A stretch of DNA of 63,858 bases, the filler included, from Lenisia limosa (lineage: Eukaryota > Protista > Breviatea), in assembly GCA_001655205.1 (NCBI GenBank). It is 13 parts of 13 records of this genome, joined end to end, with 100 filler letters (N's around TTAATTAATTAA, not from the genome) between each part and the next. Parts side by side here need not be neighbours in the genome. Positions count along the whole stretch, not along the records: positions 1 to 3,070 come from LPNZ01006234.1; positions 3,171 to 4,176 come from LPNZ01007256.1; positions 4,277 to 14,978 come from LPNZ01006067.1; 10 more parts are not named here. The stretch is one strand, 5' to 3'. The position numbers and the translations under genes were made by a program. The first letter of the stretch is position 1. The number at the start of each line of letters is the position of its first letter. Below are positions 1 through 12,800 of this stretch, in pieces. A model generated the notes under the pieces. It was not told the origin of the DNA. It saw nothing but the letters and a program-made list of their open reading frames with translations, and did no database searches.

Positions 1-45
1 GGGTAAGACGAATATAGTACATTGGATGATAGAAGCGTCCCATAC

Positions 46-2640
46 CTGAGAGGGATCTGGCTGGTGTTTCTGAGAGTGAGCGTCGTGGTATTGAGGAATC
101 CGAACGAAACGATGCCGAAATCCACGTCCGTAGTGCGTCCGAAGTCGAAAGTAGGTCCCACAACAGTGCCCTTGAATTTGACTGTCGCTTGTTCCTCCGT
201 ACCCTGGGGTGGTGAGGGCTCCTTTACAGCCCAGGTCATGTATTTGAAGCGTGTGATAAAAACTACAATAGAGAAGAGAGGGATCAACACAAAACAAAAC
301 AGGGGAAGGTACACTTCATTTGTCATGATATAGTAGCAAAAAGTCACCAATCCCGGACCAACCTCCAGTAATTATGTTGATATCGTATGCAAACACAATA
401 AAATTAAAAATAAAAACCACAGTCCGGGAATCGAACCGCCCACCTCAAAGGCGAAATGCGCCTCCTCCTCCAATGGGCCAAGAATCGGGCTTTGGAAGGC
501 CACAGTGAGGCTCTCCTGATCATCCACTGCCAAGACTCCCTAACATGTCAGTTCTCAATCCAAAAATATTTTTAATTTATGGGCTTAGGCAAAAAAAAAG
601 TATTCCCAAGGTTCTTTGATAATCCTACTTGTGGTATTCCAAGGTTCTTATACTTTGGACGCTGTGCAATTATCACGAAAGCGCTTCAATATTCCCTCTA
701 TCACCAAAATATCATAAACTATCGAGGATTTATCGAAGTTGAGGGTTTGTGTTTCAACAACGCTTTCATCCTGGCGTAACTCGAGGTGTATGGTATCGCT
801 TTGTATTGTATTTATATTCCTAGATTGTATTTATTTACATGTTCTTGCACTCAACCCGTAACACACCTCAGTCTTATCGAACGTGAAGCACGAAGCTGTC
901 GGCGAGTCCGAAGGCAAAAGATGCCACTTGACTGGGATATCGCCCCTATTGTCCAGGAGTAACTAGCGGGGTTAGGAGTAACTGGCTAAAATCGCTAAAG
1001 GGTTTAGTGGAATATATAGCAATGAGAAATAAAAAAAATTAAGGTTGTATCTAGCCGAAGCCGTCCGGGTGTAAATATTAGGAAGAATCAGACTAATCAG
1101 ATGTGCTATGGTAAACTTTCAATAGCCCCCACCTGGTACTGATGAAGAGAGTCCATGAACACGCGTCCCATTGATACAAAATCCTGAGTGATACGGACGT
1201 TCGGTCCTCCACCGTCTCCCTAAGGGCGGAAATAAGACAACCGTGTATTCCTGGCCTATGTACTGTTGGGAAAACCGAAAATAATCGAGAAAAAGAAACC
1301 CCCAACATTATGCAAGAAAGAAACCCCCAACATTATGCAAGAAGGGGGAAGATGTGCCCAAAGGTACCTACCTGGATGTTGAGGGGCAGACGAGTGGCAC
1401 GTCCGGTGACGTCACAGAACGCAGACGCGGCGTAGGCCAAAGCACGGGCCGGGGCGAAGGTGATCGTACATTCTACTGAGCATCCTGGCCAAACTTCACC
1501 ACGAACCGGTTCAATGGCGAATATGTCGTGGCTGAAAGCCGAACTATCAACGTTGATGGTTCGTCGCATGCCTGGGAGGATTGCAATGAATGGGCAGTGA
1601 TTGTAATGAATGGGGAGGGGGGCGGGGGGAAGTAAAATTAGTAAATTTATGAAACAAATCAACTCCGTTAGCTAACAACGCATAAGGGTAAAAAAATACT
1701 GTTTTTGAATAATAGACAAGGTTTTTTTTATTATTATTATTTTTTTGCAGTAAAGTCTCTATTGAAACTAGGATCATTGAGATCCGTTAATAGTCCCCCC
1801 CCCACCCTGGAACCGGCGGTTAATAGTCTGTAGTTCNNNNNNNNNNNNNNNNNNNNNNNNNNNNNNNNNNNNNNNNNNNNNNNNNNNNNNNNNNNNNNNN
1901 NNNNNNNNNNNNNNNNNNNNNNNNNNNNNNNNNNNNNNNNNNNNNNNNNNNNNNNNNNNNNNNNNNNNNNNNNNNNNNNNNNNNNNNNNNNNNNNNNNNN
2001 NNNNNNNNNNNNNNNNNNNNNNNNNNNNNNNNNNNNNNNNNNNNNNNNNNNNNNNNNNNNNNNNNNNNNNNNNNNNNNNNNNNNNNNNNNNNNTAAAAAT
2101 AGCCCCTACCTTCTTCTGGTGTGGAGTGAAGTTTCCATTCGAATTTGGAGACAAAGTCGGATTTGTTCTCAATCTGTTTGCGGTTAAAAAGCCAAAACAT
2201 GAGATAACATGTCATATTCTCTATTACAGATATATGTACATAGTATATGTATGTCTATATCGGCAGGGAGAACGCTGTGTGCACAGAGTTGTAAGGCAAA
2301 TGATTGGGTAAATTAATATTGTACTATAATCCAATATCTCTTANNNNNNNNNNNNNNNNNNNNNNNNNNNNNNNNNNNNNNNNNNNNNNNNNNNNNNNNN
2401 NNNNNNNNNNNNNNNNNNNNNNNNNNNNNNNNNNNNNNNNNNNNNNNNNNNNNNNNNNNNNNNNNNNNNNNNNNNNNNNNNNNNNNNNNNNNNNNNNNNN
2501 NNNNNNNNNNNNNNNNNNNNNNNNNNNNNNNNNNNNNNNNNNNNNNNNNNNNNNNNNNNNAGACGCGAGAGACTGGTTTTGGGCATTGTGATGTTAGTTT
2601 GGGACAGCCGAACATTTCCGTCTTCGGCGACAGCCTCGAT
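46..2640 (-). CDS. HYDIN: HYDIN (axonemal central-pair protein), partial, multi-exon
   Basis: GT-AG exons 2640-~2561, 2173-2110, ~1836-1807, 1571-1372, 1219-1133, 962-867, 539-444 and 203-46. Phases are consistent across the ungapped junctions (1807 to 46). Translation includes IENKSDFVSKFEWKLHSTPEE, IFAIEPVRGEVWPG...CDVTGRATRLPLNIQG, LDNRGDIPVKW and KFKGTVVGPTFDF...DFGIVSFGF...LRNTSQIP, matching remembered HYDIN ASH/Ig-like repeats. Confidence 0.85.
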
Positions 2641-3070
2641 CTACAGAGGTATGAATAGGGCTTCCCTACGGTCCGAAAAAGACCGTTTAAATATCGATAT
2701 TTATCGAGGATATATTAGTGATGCCCTAGGTATGAGGATATACGATGAAGAATATTGGCGTAAAGGTACTAACCACGAACCGAATAATCTGAAACTCCAA
2801 CCAAACAAAAAAACAAGCAAGACAAACACGAACAACCAACGCAAAAACTAGAAAAAAACCGGGTGACAAAAACAAAAAAAACAGAAACAAGGGATAGTGG
2901 GGAGGGAAAATAAGGATGACTCGATGAAGAATACTGGCGTAAAGGTATTAATCATGAACGTGAACAAAGTCAATATAAAACGTGCAATAATTGAACAATA
3001 ACAGTTGAGCCACACCCTCTCCATGATTGTATTACCAGTACACCCCCCCCCCTCTTGGTATCATGAAGCA

Positions 3071-3170
3071 NNNNNNNNNNNNNNNNNNNNNNNNNNNNNN
3101 NNNNNNNNNNNNNNTTAATTAATTAANNNNNNNNNNNNNNNNNNNNNNNNNNNNNNNNNNNNNNNNNNNN
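3071..3170. other. Artificial contig linker (six-frame stop spacer), first of 12
   Basis: Identical 44N-TTAATTAATTAA-44N blocks. The 12-mer starts at 3115, 4221, 15023, 18803, 20825, 37828, 42668, 51101, 54247, 57237, 58971 and 60359. Sequences on either side of a linker are not physically linked. Confidence 0.95.
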
Positions 3171-4176
3171 ATCACACCTGCGTCAATGCATTTAGCCAGC
3201 CCATCAGCTGCCAAAAGACTCAGTTTTGGGCATTGTTTCACTTTTGTCACTCGGGTTGCAAGGTACCTCACCATATCCCGGAACTCAGTACAACTGAAAC
3301 ATGAACTGGGTACACACACGTAGTACATGGATAAAACACATATAAATTGAACTGAACTTGACAACTGCGGCTCACCTTTCTCCCAAAACGTTGTGCGTGC
3401 AACAACATGAGAACACCCCAAAGGAGCTGTCAAACTTCAGCGCCGCGCTCACTTTGTGGACCATTGAAATCGGTATACACACCCCAGGAATATCCGCGTC
3501 CGAACCGGGAGCTAAAATGTACATATTGAGATAAAAAGCAGAATAATAAAATCTAAGGAGAAAATTGAAAATAATAAAATCTACGGATGCAAATAGGTAC
3601 ATAAATCTGAGGATTTGTTGTGTACTCCAAATTGGAACTCGTCAACTCGCGAGTGGACTTGGTTCTTAATATCAGCGAGCTTCTTGCGTTCATTCCAAAA
3701 TAAAGAACCAAGAAAGTCCCCCTTACGGTCCCTTTTGTCAAAGCAGAAAAACACAGTCCCGGATTGCACCAGGAAGCTCAACTCGGCCGTTATCCATACG
3801 TTGCTCTGAGTGAGTTAATCGCGGATAGTGTAGCATAATGGAAGTGAAGTAACATCATAGTGGGAACTTATTTTACCGTTTTAATGCAGCAAATAAAGCT
3901 AGTTGAATGTGAACTGCGTGAAATGAGAAATAACTTGCCAATGCTCCCTCACACCCGCATATCGATCCTCCAAAACACTCTCAATTTTTTTTTTTTTTTT
4001 TTACATTTTACTCCCCACCTCCAACCCAATTATATCATTGTCCACCCCACGTTTGGATCCTGTAAGATATCAACGCCATCGCCGGAGTCCTGGAGAAAGG
4101 CGGACTGGCCGAGTTTCATACACTGCCCGCGACGGAGGATTGTGAGAAGGGCCCGGGCGCTACCGGACTTCAAGGC
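3171..4176 (-). CDS. Fragment of an unidentified spliced gene
   Basis: Open, GT-AG-bounded stretches at about 4050-4176, 3597-3807 and 3178-3293 (e.g. EFRDMVRYLATRVTKVKQCPKLSLLAADGLAKCIDA). No family recognised. Confidence 0.4.
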
Positions 4177-4469
4177 NNNNNNNNNNNNNNNNNNNNNNNN
4201 NNNNNNNNNNNNNNNNNNNNTTAATTAATTAANNNNNNNNNNNNNNNNNNNNNNNNNNNNNNNNNNNNNNNNNNNNGCTGAAAGGAAGCATATGGGGATT
4301 GTTTATGACTAAAGTGGTCGTTTTCAAACCTCGGGTGGTGCTTTGGAAATACACAATAATCCTTCTCTGATTCGCTAGACTGATTTTAATCTTGTACTGA
4401 ATTTGTCGATAAATCCTCAAAAACTATCGGTATTTTCCCGGGGTTTTTTCGAAACAAGTGAAGTCATAG

Positions 4470-5597
4470 TCTTTACTATCCATGGGATAAAGAAGGGGGC
4501 GATATCGGTTAGACTTTGGATTGACACCGCAGTTGTGTATCTCTTTTGGCCTCGTCCGATCTACGGCGGCCCCTCCAACGTCCATTATCTCACCAAGGGC
4601 ATTTTTGAGACTTCGGTGGGAGCAGCGGATCCTCATATGTTTTTTTATCTATTTTTTTTATTGATTATCTCTCCACACCTAACAGGCGGAATCGACATTT
4701 TTTGTTAATATTACTGATCATTCTGCAAATTCTGTTCTGACAGCAAAGGTCACTAAGGATGATGGTCAATCTCACGTTATCATGGCCTACTCACCTTACT
4801 CCGCCGAATCTGCCATGATGCACGCACGTTTTGCGAAACTGTCAATTGAGTATGGGGCTTGGGTTGTCAATAGATTCATCCGGCGTTCATCTCTGAAGCT
4901 AACACGGCAGATACGGCTCGGACAAGCTGACCTTCTTCAAGGCCGATATTGACACTCAGGAGCCGCTGCAAGACCTGTATGGGTCCTTCACTTTGGAAGA
5001 ATACCAGAAGAAATATCGATTTTATTATAAAAATAATATAATATAAGCCGTCATTGTTTTGAACGTAGATATAGTCATCATCGTTCACCCGCACAGTTTG
5101 TCCCTGAATTGTGGATATTTCGAGACCGATCTTCCTGCACTTGTTCTCTACCAAAAAGGAAAGGTTAGCCACACATATCATATCATAACTATTCCGTTTA
5201 GACTCATTTCATTCCTTGGATGTACATGTATATCATCGATTTTAACTTTTTTTATGTTTTTTTTTTATTTTTTGGAGTAAATGATTATAGTACCGTTATG
5301 TAGTTACTCACCATCATTCCTATTTCAGCATACCCCCCTCCCAGGAATGCAGAAGCGAGGCCTGGGCTTTGTTTGTTTTGTTGTCATCAACCCTCGTGTG
5401 TTGTTAGCCAACAGAGTTGATTTGGGGTTTTTTGTTTCATAAATTTTCTAATTTTACCCCCCCTCCCCCAGGAAGTCGGGCGTATCTCACAGTGTCAAAA
5501 GAGGTCGGACAAGAAAATCATTTCTTCAATGAAGTTCGATGAAGTCATGAAGGGAAAGATCCATCCCCAGCTTAAGAAGAACAAGAAGAAGGACTAA
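4470..5597 (+). CDS. TMX2: Thioredoxin-related transmembrane protein 2-like (redox-inactive), partial
   Basis: Exons starting at 4470, 4749, ~4910, ~5093 and 5472 join in phase. They give YLFWPRPIYGGPSNVHYL...AYSPYSAES...FAKLSIEYGSDKLTFFKADID...DLPALVLYQKGKEVGR...KKNKKKD*. The CxxC position reads SAES, and the C-terminus is lysine-rich. Confidence 0.7.
5348..5454 (+). mobile_element. Repeat family A copy (C-tailed, acceptor-associated) with flanking direct repeat
   Basis: Consensus GGATGCGGTGCTGCAGAAGCGACTGGCCTGGGCTTTG...TTCAACCCTCGTGTG..GTTAGCCAACAGAGTTGATTTTGG..GTTTCATAAATTTTCCAATTTTACTCC. About 17 loci: 1625, 5348, 9177, 11143, 14485, 17971, 19383, 20681, 37884, 39020, 39937, 40213, 42490, 50600, 56590, 61840, 62030. 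Confidence 0.85.
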
Positions 5598-5636
5598 TTT
5601 TCAATTCATGGTACAAATACATCTATGGTACAATAT

Positions 5637-8380
5637 TTACTTCCTTTTACTGGGACGCTTTTCCGTGGTTTTTGTGGTATCCGGTCCAGCTAATCGCTCC
5701 TGAAAAGTAAGGGGTGTGGGGTAGAAGATAAATACTCCACAATATATGATTTGATATGTATGATAGTATAGTATTCTCTTATGACAGGAAGCTGCAATAT
5801 TAACTGTTCAATGTATAAAACCCTGTCTAACCTGTACGGCTTCCTCTTTTGCCCTAAACTCTTCTGACATTACATCTCTCATCTCTTCAACCTGTACTAT
5901 GTGAGATCTCTGCAATACAATTGACACAATTGGAACAGTTGAGGAGGTAAACCAGGCATTAACAAACGATACACCTTCCATTCTTTCCATACCTGCACAT
6001 TGATAGCAGCCTGGACAATTTCTTGCAACTCCACTGGCAGCCTTGCCATGACCGCCTGGGCATGGGGACTTGGAACGTAAGGTCCGGCTATATGGTCAAA
6101 TCGGTTAGATATTTTTATAATATGGTCAAATCGAAAATGACATTTTATCTTGGTCTTTTTGATTACGATGTACCCTCAGGCGGAATCAATTAAATAAATG
6201 TTGATATTTTACAGTCTATAAAGGACTATGACGGAATCTAGGGGGTACAAAGAGAGGGGCGTGTGTATTTAAACAGATCTCCTGAAGTGACATCCATAAA
6301 GGATCATATCATTCTTTTTCTCTGTTCAGAAGGTGCATTATTTGTATTTTTCTCCCTTAATTTATGTTACATTTGCATTCTTGTTCTTCATATCATTGTA
6401 ACATCACATCACTGTTGTTGATTTTCACTTGCTCCTCCAAACCGTTAAAGACATCCGGCTGAGATTCAAGTTCGCTCAGATGCACAGAAGAGGCGTTTGA
6501 GGCAGCTAAGGGGTGAATGAGAAGTACTGGTATGTGTTACAAAATATAGAATGAAGATTATTTGTCAAAGCTCATATTGGACAAAAAGCGGAATATACGA
6601 GAGTTATCAACATATTACGATTCCATATGGCCTTTGCCCACCATCATTGATCTCGGACAGCTCAGGTTCGGATTCGATCTTCGGAGGCTGAGGGGGGCCC
6701 GCAGCCGTGAGGACGGAGAGAGGTGGCAACTCGCCGGCAGTCTCAAGGGTAACCTCGGGGGCCACCACCGTGAGTTGGATTCCGGATGTGAACAGCATTT
6801 TGTAGAGCTTGTAGTGTTGGAAGTACCTGGGGGCATCAGGAACTATCATAAAATAGCATTTCAATGAAACAGTAGAATATTATACTTGAGCCATGATGAG
6901 CTTAACAAGAATGAATATTTGATGAGGTCCTAATAAATGTCACTTTTTGTTCAGGAATTTTCGAACCAGAGAAAAGCGTTGATGTGAAAAGGCTCTTGAG
7001 AGCAAATACGATCACCGTCTTTTTATATTGTTTTGTTCATCATAATCAATAACGGCCGCATTTGACACATTGGTCTAATTGTGAAAGTAAGATCCAATTA
7101 CGATGATTGGGCAAATTTCGAGATCTTTTCAATTTGGGGCAATGCAAAGACTTCCAACTAAAGAGTAATAGAGTGTTAACAACTCATAAACACTGAAATA
7201 CTCAAATAATATCGAATTTGAGATTAACAAAAGGGCTTAATATTGAGGGTCCTACACTATAAGGCGGGCGTTGGATTGAGTGTGCCAAAATAAGCTTCTT
7301 GAAAACGGCCTGAGTTTCGTCCAGTCGATAGAGGGGGCTTTCTGCTGGGTCAACACGTTACAGCAGCTCAAATATGGACATGTAATATTTGAATGAGGTA
7401 AAACGGATATGCCAGGAGTAGCTTTGAACCCATGATGACAAAATTCCTCGAAAGGCACTTGATAAATACCAGTATTAGAATGGTCCTTTCGGGCCAGACC
7501 ACAGACCAATGTTCTTTTGATGAACTTGTTTCATAATAGAGAAGCACGCTGAGAGTTGAGGCTCAGTGAAACCCTCCGTCATGCAGAGCCTGTTAAGGTG
7601 ACGTTGGAAACGGGAATATCCCATTATTTGGGGTTTATGCTATTGTAAGATATATACATGTATTTACACGCAACAGATGAGAAAGTTTAATTTGAGTAAG
7701 TACCATAACGGTTGTAATCCCCCCCCCCCNNNNNNNNNNNNNNNNNNNNNNNNNNNNNNNNNNNNNNNNNNNNNNNNNNNNNNNNNNNNNNNNNNNNNGG
7801 AGAGGAGATATGGTAAACATATTCTAACTCCCTTTAACCACGCTCAATTGAAGAGGGGTTTTTTTTTTAAAAAAATTAATAGCATCTTCTATTGGTGCCC
7901 AACTCCCAGTGTCACATTTTGAAACCGGAATGGGTCGTAAAATGAAGGAAAATGAAGCCCCCAACAACAACATATAAAAAGGGAAGATGGCCGAGCTCTC
8001 TTTTCTCAAAGATAGAGCAGGTGTCCATAGCGAGGCCATCCACTCACTTGACGACATTGAAGTAGAACTCCAAAAGAACCTGGTTTTTGCCGGTGCACGT
8101 CTTCTCATCCCCAAGGTCAAAGAGCTGGGCAAGAAGTCTGAGGGGTAAAACACGCAACTACAGTTATATCATGTACTGTCAGATTATCACACAAATAAGT
8201 AAGGGACTCTTTGATGTATCTGTGATACAATCAGTGTTATTTTGTGGGGGAGTCAAAGGGCCTACGCTTTTTGCCCCTGAGGATCCAAGCCCATGAGGGC
8301 CTTGGTTTGTGTGAGCGACAGGTCCTTCCAGACAACAGACGATGCCTAAAGATAAGAAGCACATTATTGTCACCAACCAT
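5637..8380 (-). CDS. CFAP119: CFAP119/CCDC189-like (CLAMP domain) flagellar protein
   Basis: Spliced reading MASSVVWKDLSL...LLAQLFDL...VLLEFYFNVVKLCMTEGFTEPQLSACFSIMKQVH...YFQHYKLYKMLFT..., followed by a coiled-coil C-terminus. The last exon is ERLAG...SKRK* with the stop at 5637-5639. Confidence 0.7.
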
Positions 8381-9896
8381 CGTGCCTTCCTCTGATTATC
8401 CTTCCTTGAGCCCTACTTATAGTTGGTGGTGAGGCAAAGGGCCTCCTGATCTGATTTGCGAGACCCCCTGGAGTGGATGGCAAGCGTGATTCAATTTTCT
8501 TGGTTTTATAGGGGTATATTAATTGAGATAGGTGAGCAAGAGGGACAGGAAAGAAGGAAGGGGGGAAGAAAGTGAGTAATCGCGTGTCGCGCCAGCGCTA
8601 TATCCTCTTTGACCTCTTGCAGACCTCAGAACACCCTTTAGAAATCACCCCACATTCTTGCCGATACACAAACATTCAGTGAAGAAGTGTTGGCGGGGAC
8701 GCAGGAAGCGGGAGATGAGCACAAGTAAACACCCCTCATCATCTCTGCGAAGGCGACGACAGTCTCTGCCCTCTAGTCACTCTTATGCGCGGCCAACATC
8801 TGCATCAAGCAGCCGAGCGCTCAGGAACTCATCCATGCTGTCACTGTCGCTTGTTGAAGAGGGGGCCATCGTGGAGAATGTTGAAGTTGGCATAATCCGT
8901 TATTTTCTCTCTTTGCAGCGGTTTCCTTTTTCGTTCTCATGCCCACCTTCTTTTTGTTGGTTTAATACTGTAGGTGAATAAGCTCGCCCAATCGCTATCA
9001 ACACGCGGGCTCTGTCATTCGATTAAGGAGTCCAAATCACACAGCATGTTTGCAGGGTGTCTGTGTATCATTGAAGCAAGTTCGGATTGGCATAGAGAGC
9101 AACCGGTTTAAACACAAAAGTAAGCGTATTATGACACATGTTTTAGTTTCGAGTTAAAAATCTCTGAAAAATCGACCTGGGCTTTGTTTTGTTTTGTTTT
9201 AATCCGTGTACTACAATGTGTTGCCATTACATTTCCCACTTCGATGGTACAAAAGCGATTGGCCCGGTCCTTGTATGTTTAGTTTTTTATAAGCCTTGTG
9301 TGTTTCTCAAATGTTTAAGCAACGGGATTGATTTGTTGTTTTGTTTTATTCCAGAAATTTTCCAATGTTACCTGGGTTGTTTTCAACCCTTTTGTGTAGC
9401 TAACAGAGTTGATTTTTGGCTTTTTGTGTTTTATATTTTTTTCAATTTTACCCCCCCCCCCCCTNNNNNNNNNNNNNNNNNNNNNNNNNNNNNNNNNNNN
9501 NNNNNNNNNNNNNNNNNNNNNNNNNNNNNNNNNNNNNNNNNNNNNNNNNNNNNNNNNNNNNNNNNNNNNNNNNNNNNNNNNNNNNNNNNNNNNNNNNNNN
9601 NNNNNNNNNNNNNNNNNNNNNNNNNNNNNNNNNNNNNNNNNNNNNNNNNNNNNNNNNNNNNNATCACGACCGAATAATCAGAAACTACAAACAAACAAAG
9701 AAAAAAAAAGCAAGCAATAAAAAACACTTGCAACGAACGCTAGATCTAGATAAAACCAGATTACAAATGGTGGTGGTGGGGGGGTATTAATGGAGAAGAG
9801 ATACGGATGGGGATGATCAAAAATTACAACGAGTTGCTCATTTTGATTCACAACCTCTTGACTCTACATGAAAGCATGAACCAGCTCATTGTTCAG

Positions 9897-12800
9897 GAAT
9901 GAAACAGCCGTGACACTACCCGACAGCAAAGGCCGATCGTCTATCCACATCGCCGCCGGCCTCGAAGACCCGCGCCCCCTTATCATGTGTCTGCGCGTCT
10001 TAGACCCCGAGGCTCGGATGGCGGCGGCCACGGCGGCGGATCTTCAAGGCATCACACCAATCCATTTGGCGGCTCGATGGGGCAGAGCATATTCCATCCA
10101 GGTTCGCTGAACTTCATTCTTCACCGACTGTCCATTGCTCCTTGTGAAGTGGAGTTAGTTGCTGCTTTTTGTGATAGTAAATTCTTATTTTTAATAATCT
10201 ATTCCTGACTGATTTGGCCACTGACAGTCCTAGATTCTTTGTAAGGCCTTATCATTCGACCTCCTTCATTTGCAATGGCCTGACGTTAATCAAAGAGGAG
10301 GTAATGTAGGGGTAACTTTCTATTATCCGAAAAGACCGATTTAGGAGGGCCTACCCTGAGTTATAGACAGGGGCTATTGTCCTTATTCATGAATCTAATC
10401 CTTGTAGGTATGGTGAATTAATATTATACTATAGCAATATATCTTATAAGCGTGATGGTGTGGACGGCTTTATTTTTATTTCTCATTGTATATTATCCGA
10501 AAAGATCGGCAAGAATCGATATTTACTGCTTTTTAGTTCAAGAGTTAGGTACTTCAGTAGAACGCGTTTCTTTAGATGCCAAAGCAATCGCACACTAACA
10601 TCACAGATATGAACGAGGAATGGTTCATAGACCCTTCAGACGAAGAACTTCATGAGATCCATGTATGCCTGGAGCTGATGCTCATGTTATATTTGGATAT
10701 CATGTAACAAGTGAGAGTTATTATGGTTGTTATTGGTACTCTTTACTCTGGGATATTAGTATTAGCCTAAGAACTTATCTTGAAAATAGAGTCTTTCATT
10801 GCTTTGCTTGATGCAAATAAAGCTGTTTATTAGAACTGTGGTTGTTCTTATAGCTCACATTTTAGCCCTTACTTATTGCGGAATGTGAACATGGGGGTAC
10901 GACCATGCACCATGCGGCGGACGGGAACCATCTGCAGGCCATCAACACCCTCATGAAATGGGTTCGGGGTGCACTATCCACTATCAAGGCTGATTTAATG
11001 ATATTCGATGTCAAACACAGAACAGGGGTATAATAATAAGTGAACAGAACAGGGGTTTTAGTGATACGATTCTTGAAGTGCCAATACTCTCTGACCCCCC
11101 CCCTCTTACACACCCTCTCCCTTTTATTGTCATCATCAGGGATGCGGTGCTGNNNNNNNNNNNNNNNNNNNNNNNNNNNNNNNNNNNNNNNNNNNNNNNN
11201 NNNNNNNNNNNNNNNNNNNNNNNNNNNNNNNNNNNNTCCCCATTAATTTTCCAATTTTACTCCGCCCAGGGAGGCGAGGTGTTCTGGCGCTCACCAGTGG
11301 ATGACAGTCAGCCGCTGCATTGCGCCGCCGCAGGCTGCCATATCGACACCATTGAGGCTCTCCTGGAGCAAGAGGCTGACCCCATGGCCCAAGCTAGTGG
11401 GTATTTCAGGCAATTATGATGCGAATTAACGTACTCTGTAGACCTTTTAACACCAGCAGGAGATGGCACGACACCCCTTCATTGGCTGCTGAGTGAGCGG
11501 CAGTCTGAATGGGCAGTCCATCGCTCGCAAACAGGAAACAACCGGGTCAGTCTGCAGGTGCCTGGGTCACTTGGTTTTGGTTGTTCTCTTTCATATCCTA
11601 TTGCTAGGGCTTCACTTCGGTTCGGAAAATACCGGTAAAATATTGATAATTTTTTGGAGGATTTATCTAGAAATTCAGTCTTTTTTCGAACGCCACCTAA
11701 CCTATTGCGTTACAAACCATATCATATCGTTAGGAATGGTATTTATAATAGAGTACCGTATCTGATAAAACACTGAATGCGTAATCGAAAACGGTGTATT
11801 ATGAAATTCTCATTTTGCCGCATATTCCAACCGTCACTCCGCAGCCCTCACACATATCAACACCCTCTGGTGCCAGCACCCCCGTGCCGTCTGAAAAACT
11901 GAACTCTTCCGGACCGTGGGGGGGGGGCAGAGTTTTTTTATCACGGGTAGGGCTTCACTTTGGTTCGAAAAATACAGGAAAAATATCGATAATTTTCGAA
12001 GATTTATCGAGAAATTCATTCGAACCGAAGTGAAGCCCTAATCAAGGGCCTCACTTCGGTCTAACAAGGATGGGCTATTGAGAACTTTGAGAACCCCTGT
12101 CTTTATTTGGACTGAAATGGAGCCCCGAGTTTCAATAGGTTGTCATTTTCAGACCAGAAGGGCTCTTCTCATTTTCCAGTTTCCCAATGTCCAAAGTCCT
12201 TGCACTCAGTTCCGTGTCAGTCCAAAGGTTTGCGTAGTCTCTTTTTGAAGGCTAATGGCGATATGAGATAGTGTGTTAAAAATAGTATGATATTGTATAA
12301 CATCATATCCACAATGACTGTCTACACGGCTGATACTTTCACGATTATTTTTGGACAAGGAAAGCCCCCACTCACCACACAGCCATGCAACTAATGCAAG
12401 TGAGGGACGCGGCATCTCGCGAGGCAGCACCGAGGTCAGTGAAGTTGCTCAGGTTCTGGTGCGGGCCGGGGCGGATTCGGCTTGTGGCGACAATGATGGC
12501 GTGACACCCCTGCACCTTGCAACAGACAAGAGTGACGTCCTCGCCGTTTTACTGCGTGGAGCCTCGAGCAACCAGCCTTGTGATTCGAATAACATGACAC
12601 CGCTGCACGTCGCCGCCCAGAATGGTCATCATAAGTCCGTGTCTCTACTGTGCACTGCGGTGGGTGGTGAGAATTGTGCAACGTTTGCCTTGAGTTCTTA
12701 TCCAAATCACCAAGTCGATATTGTTGTTGATTTCTATCCTTACGCACACAGGGTGTGGATGTGAACGCAGTTGATAACATCGGTGCCACCGCCATGTTCT

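Noticed and set aside
425-445. tRNA T-loop-like GGTTCGATTCC (also GGTTCCAATCC at ~42785)
   Set aside because: There is no pairing T-stem or cloverleaf in the flanks.
3115-3126. Recurrent TTAATTAATTAA palindrome as a biological motif
   Set aside because: It is always centred in exactly 44+44 N and gives stops in all six frames, so it is a concatenation linker.
5348-5454. Family A as a classical introner (whole intron = element)
   Set aside because: Copies do not begin with GT. Host introns start upstream at unique donors, and the element supplies only the 3' end.
46-8380. HYDIN and CFAP119 as a flagellar gene cluster
   Set aside because: They are separated by two artificial linkers, so the adjacency is not physical.
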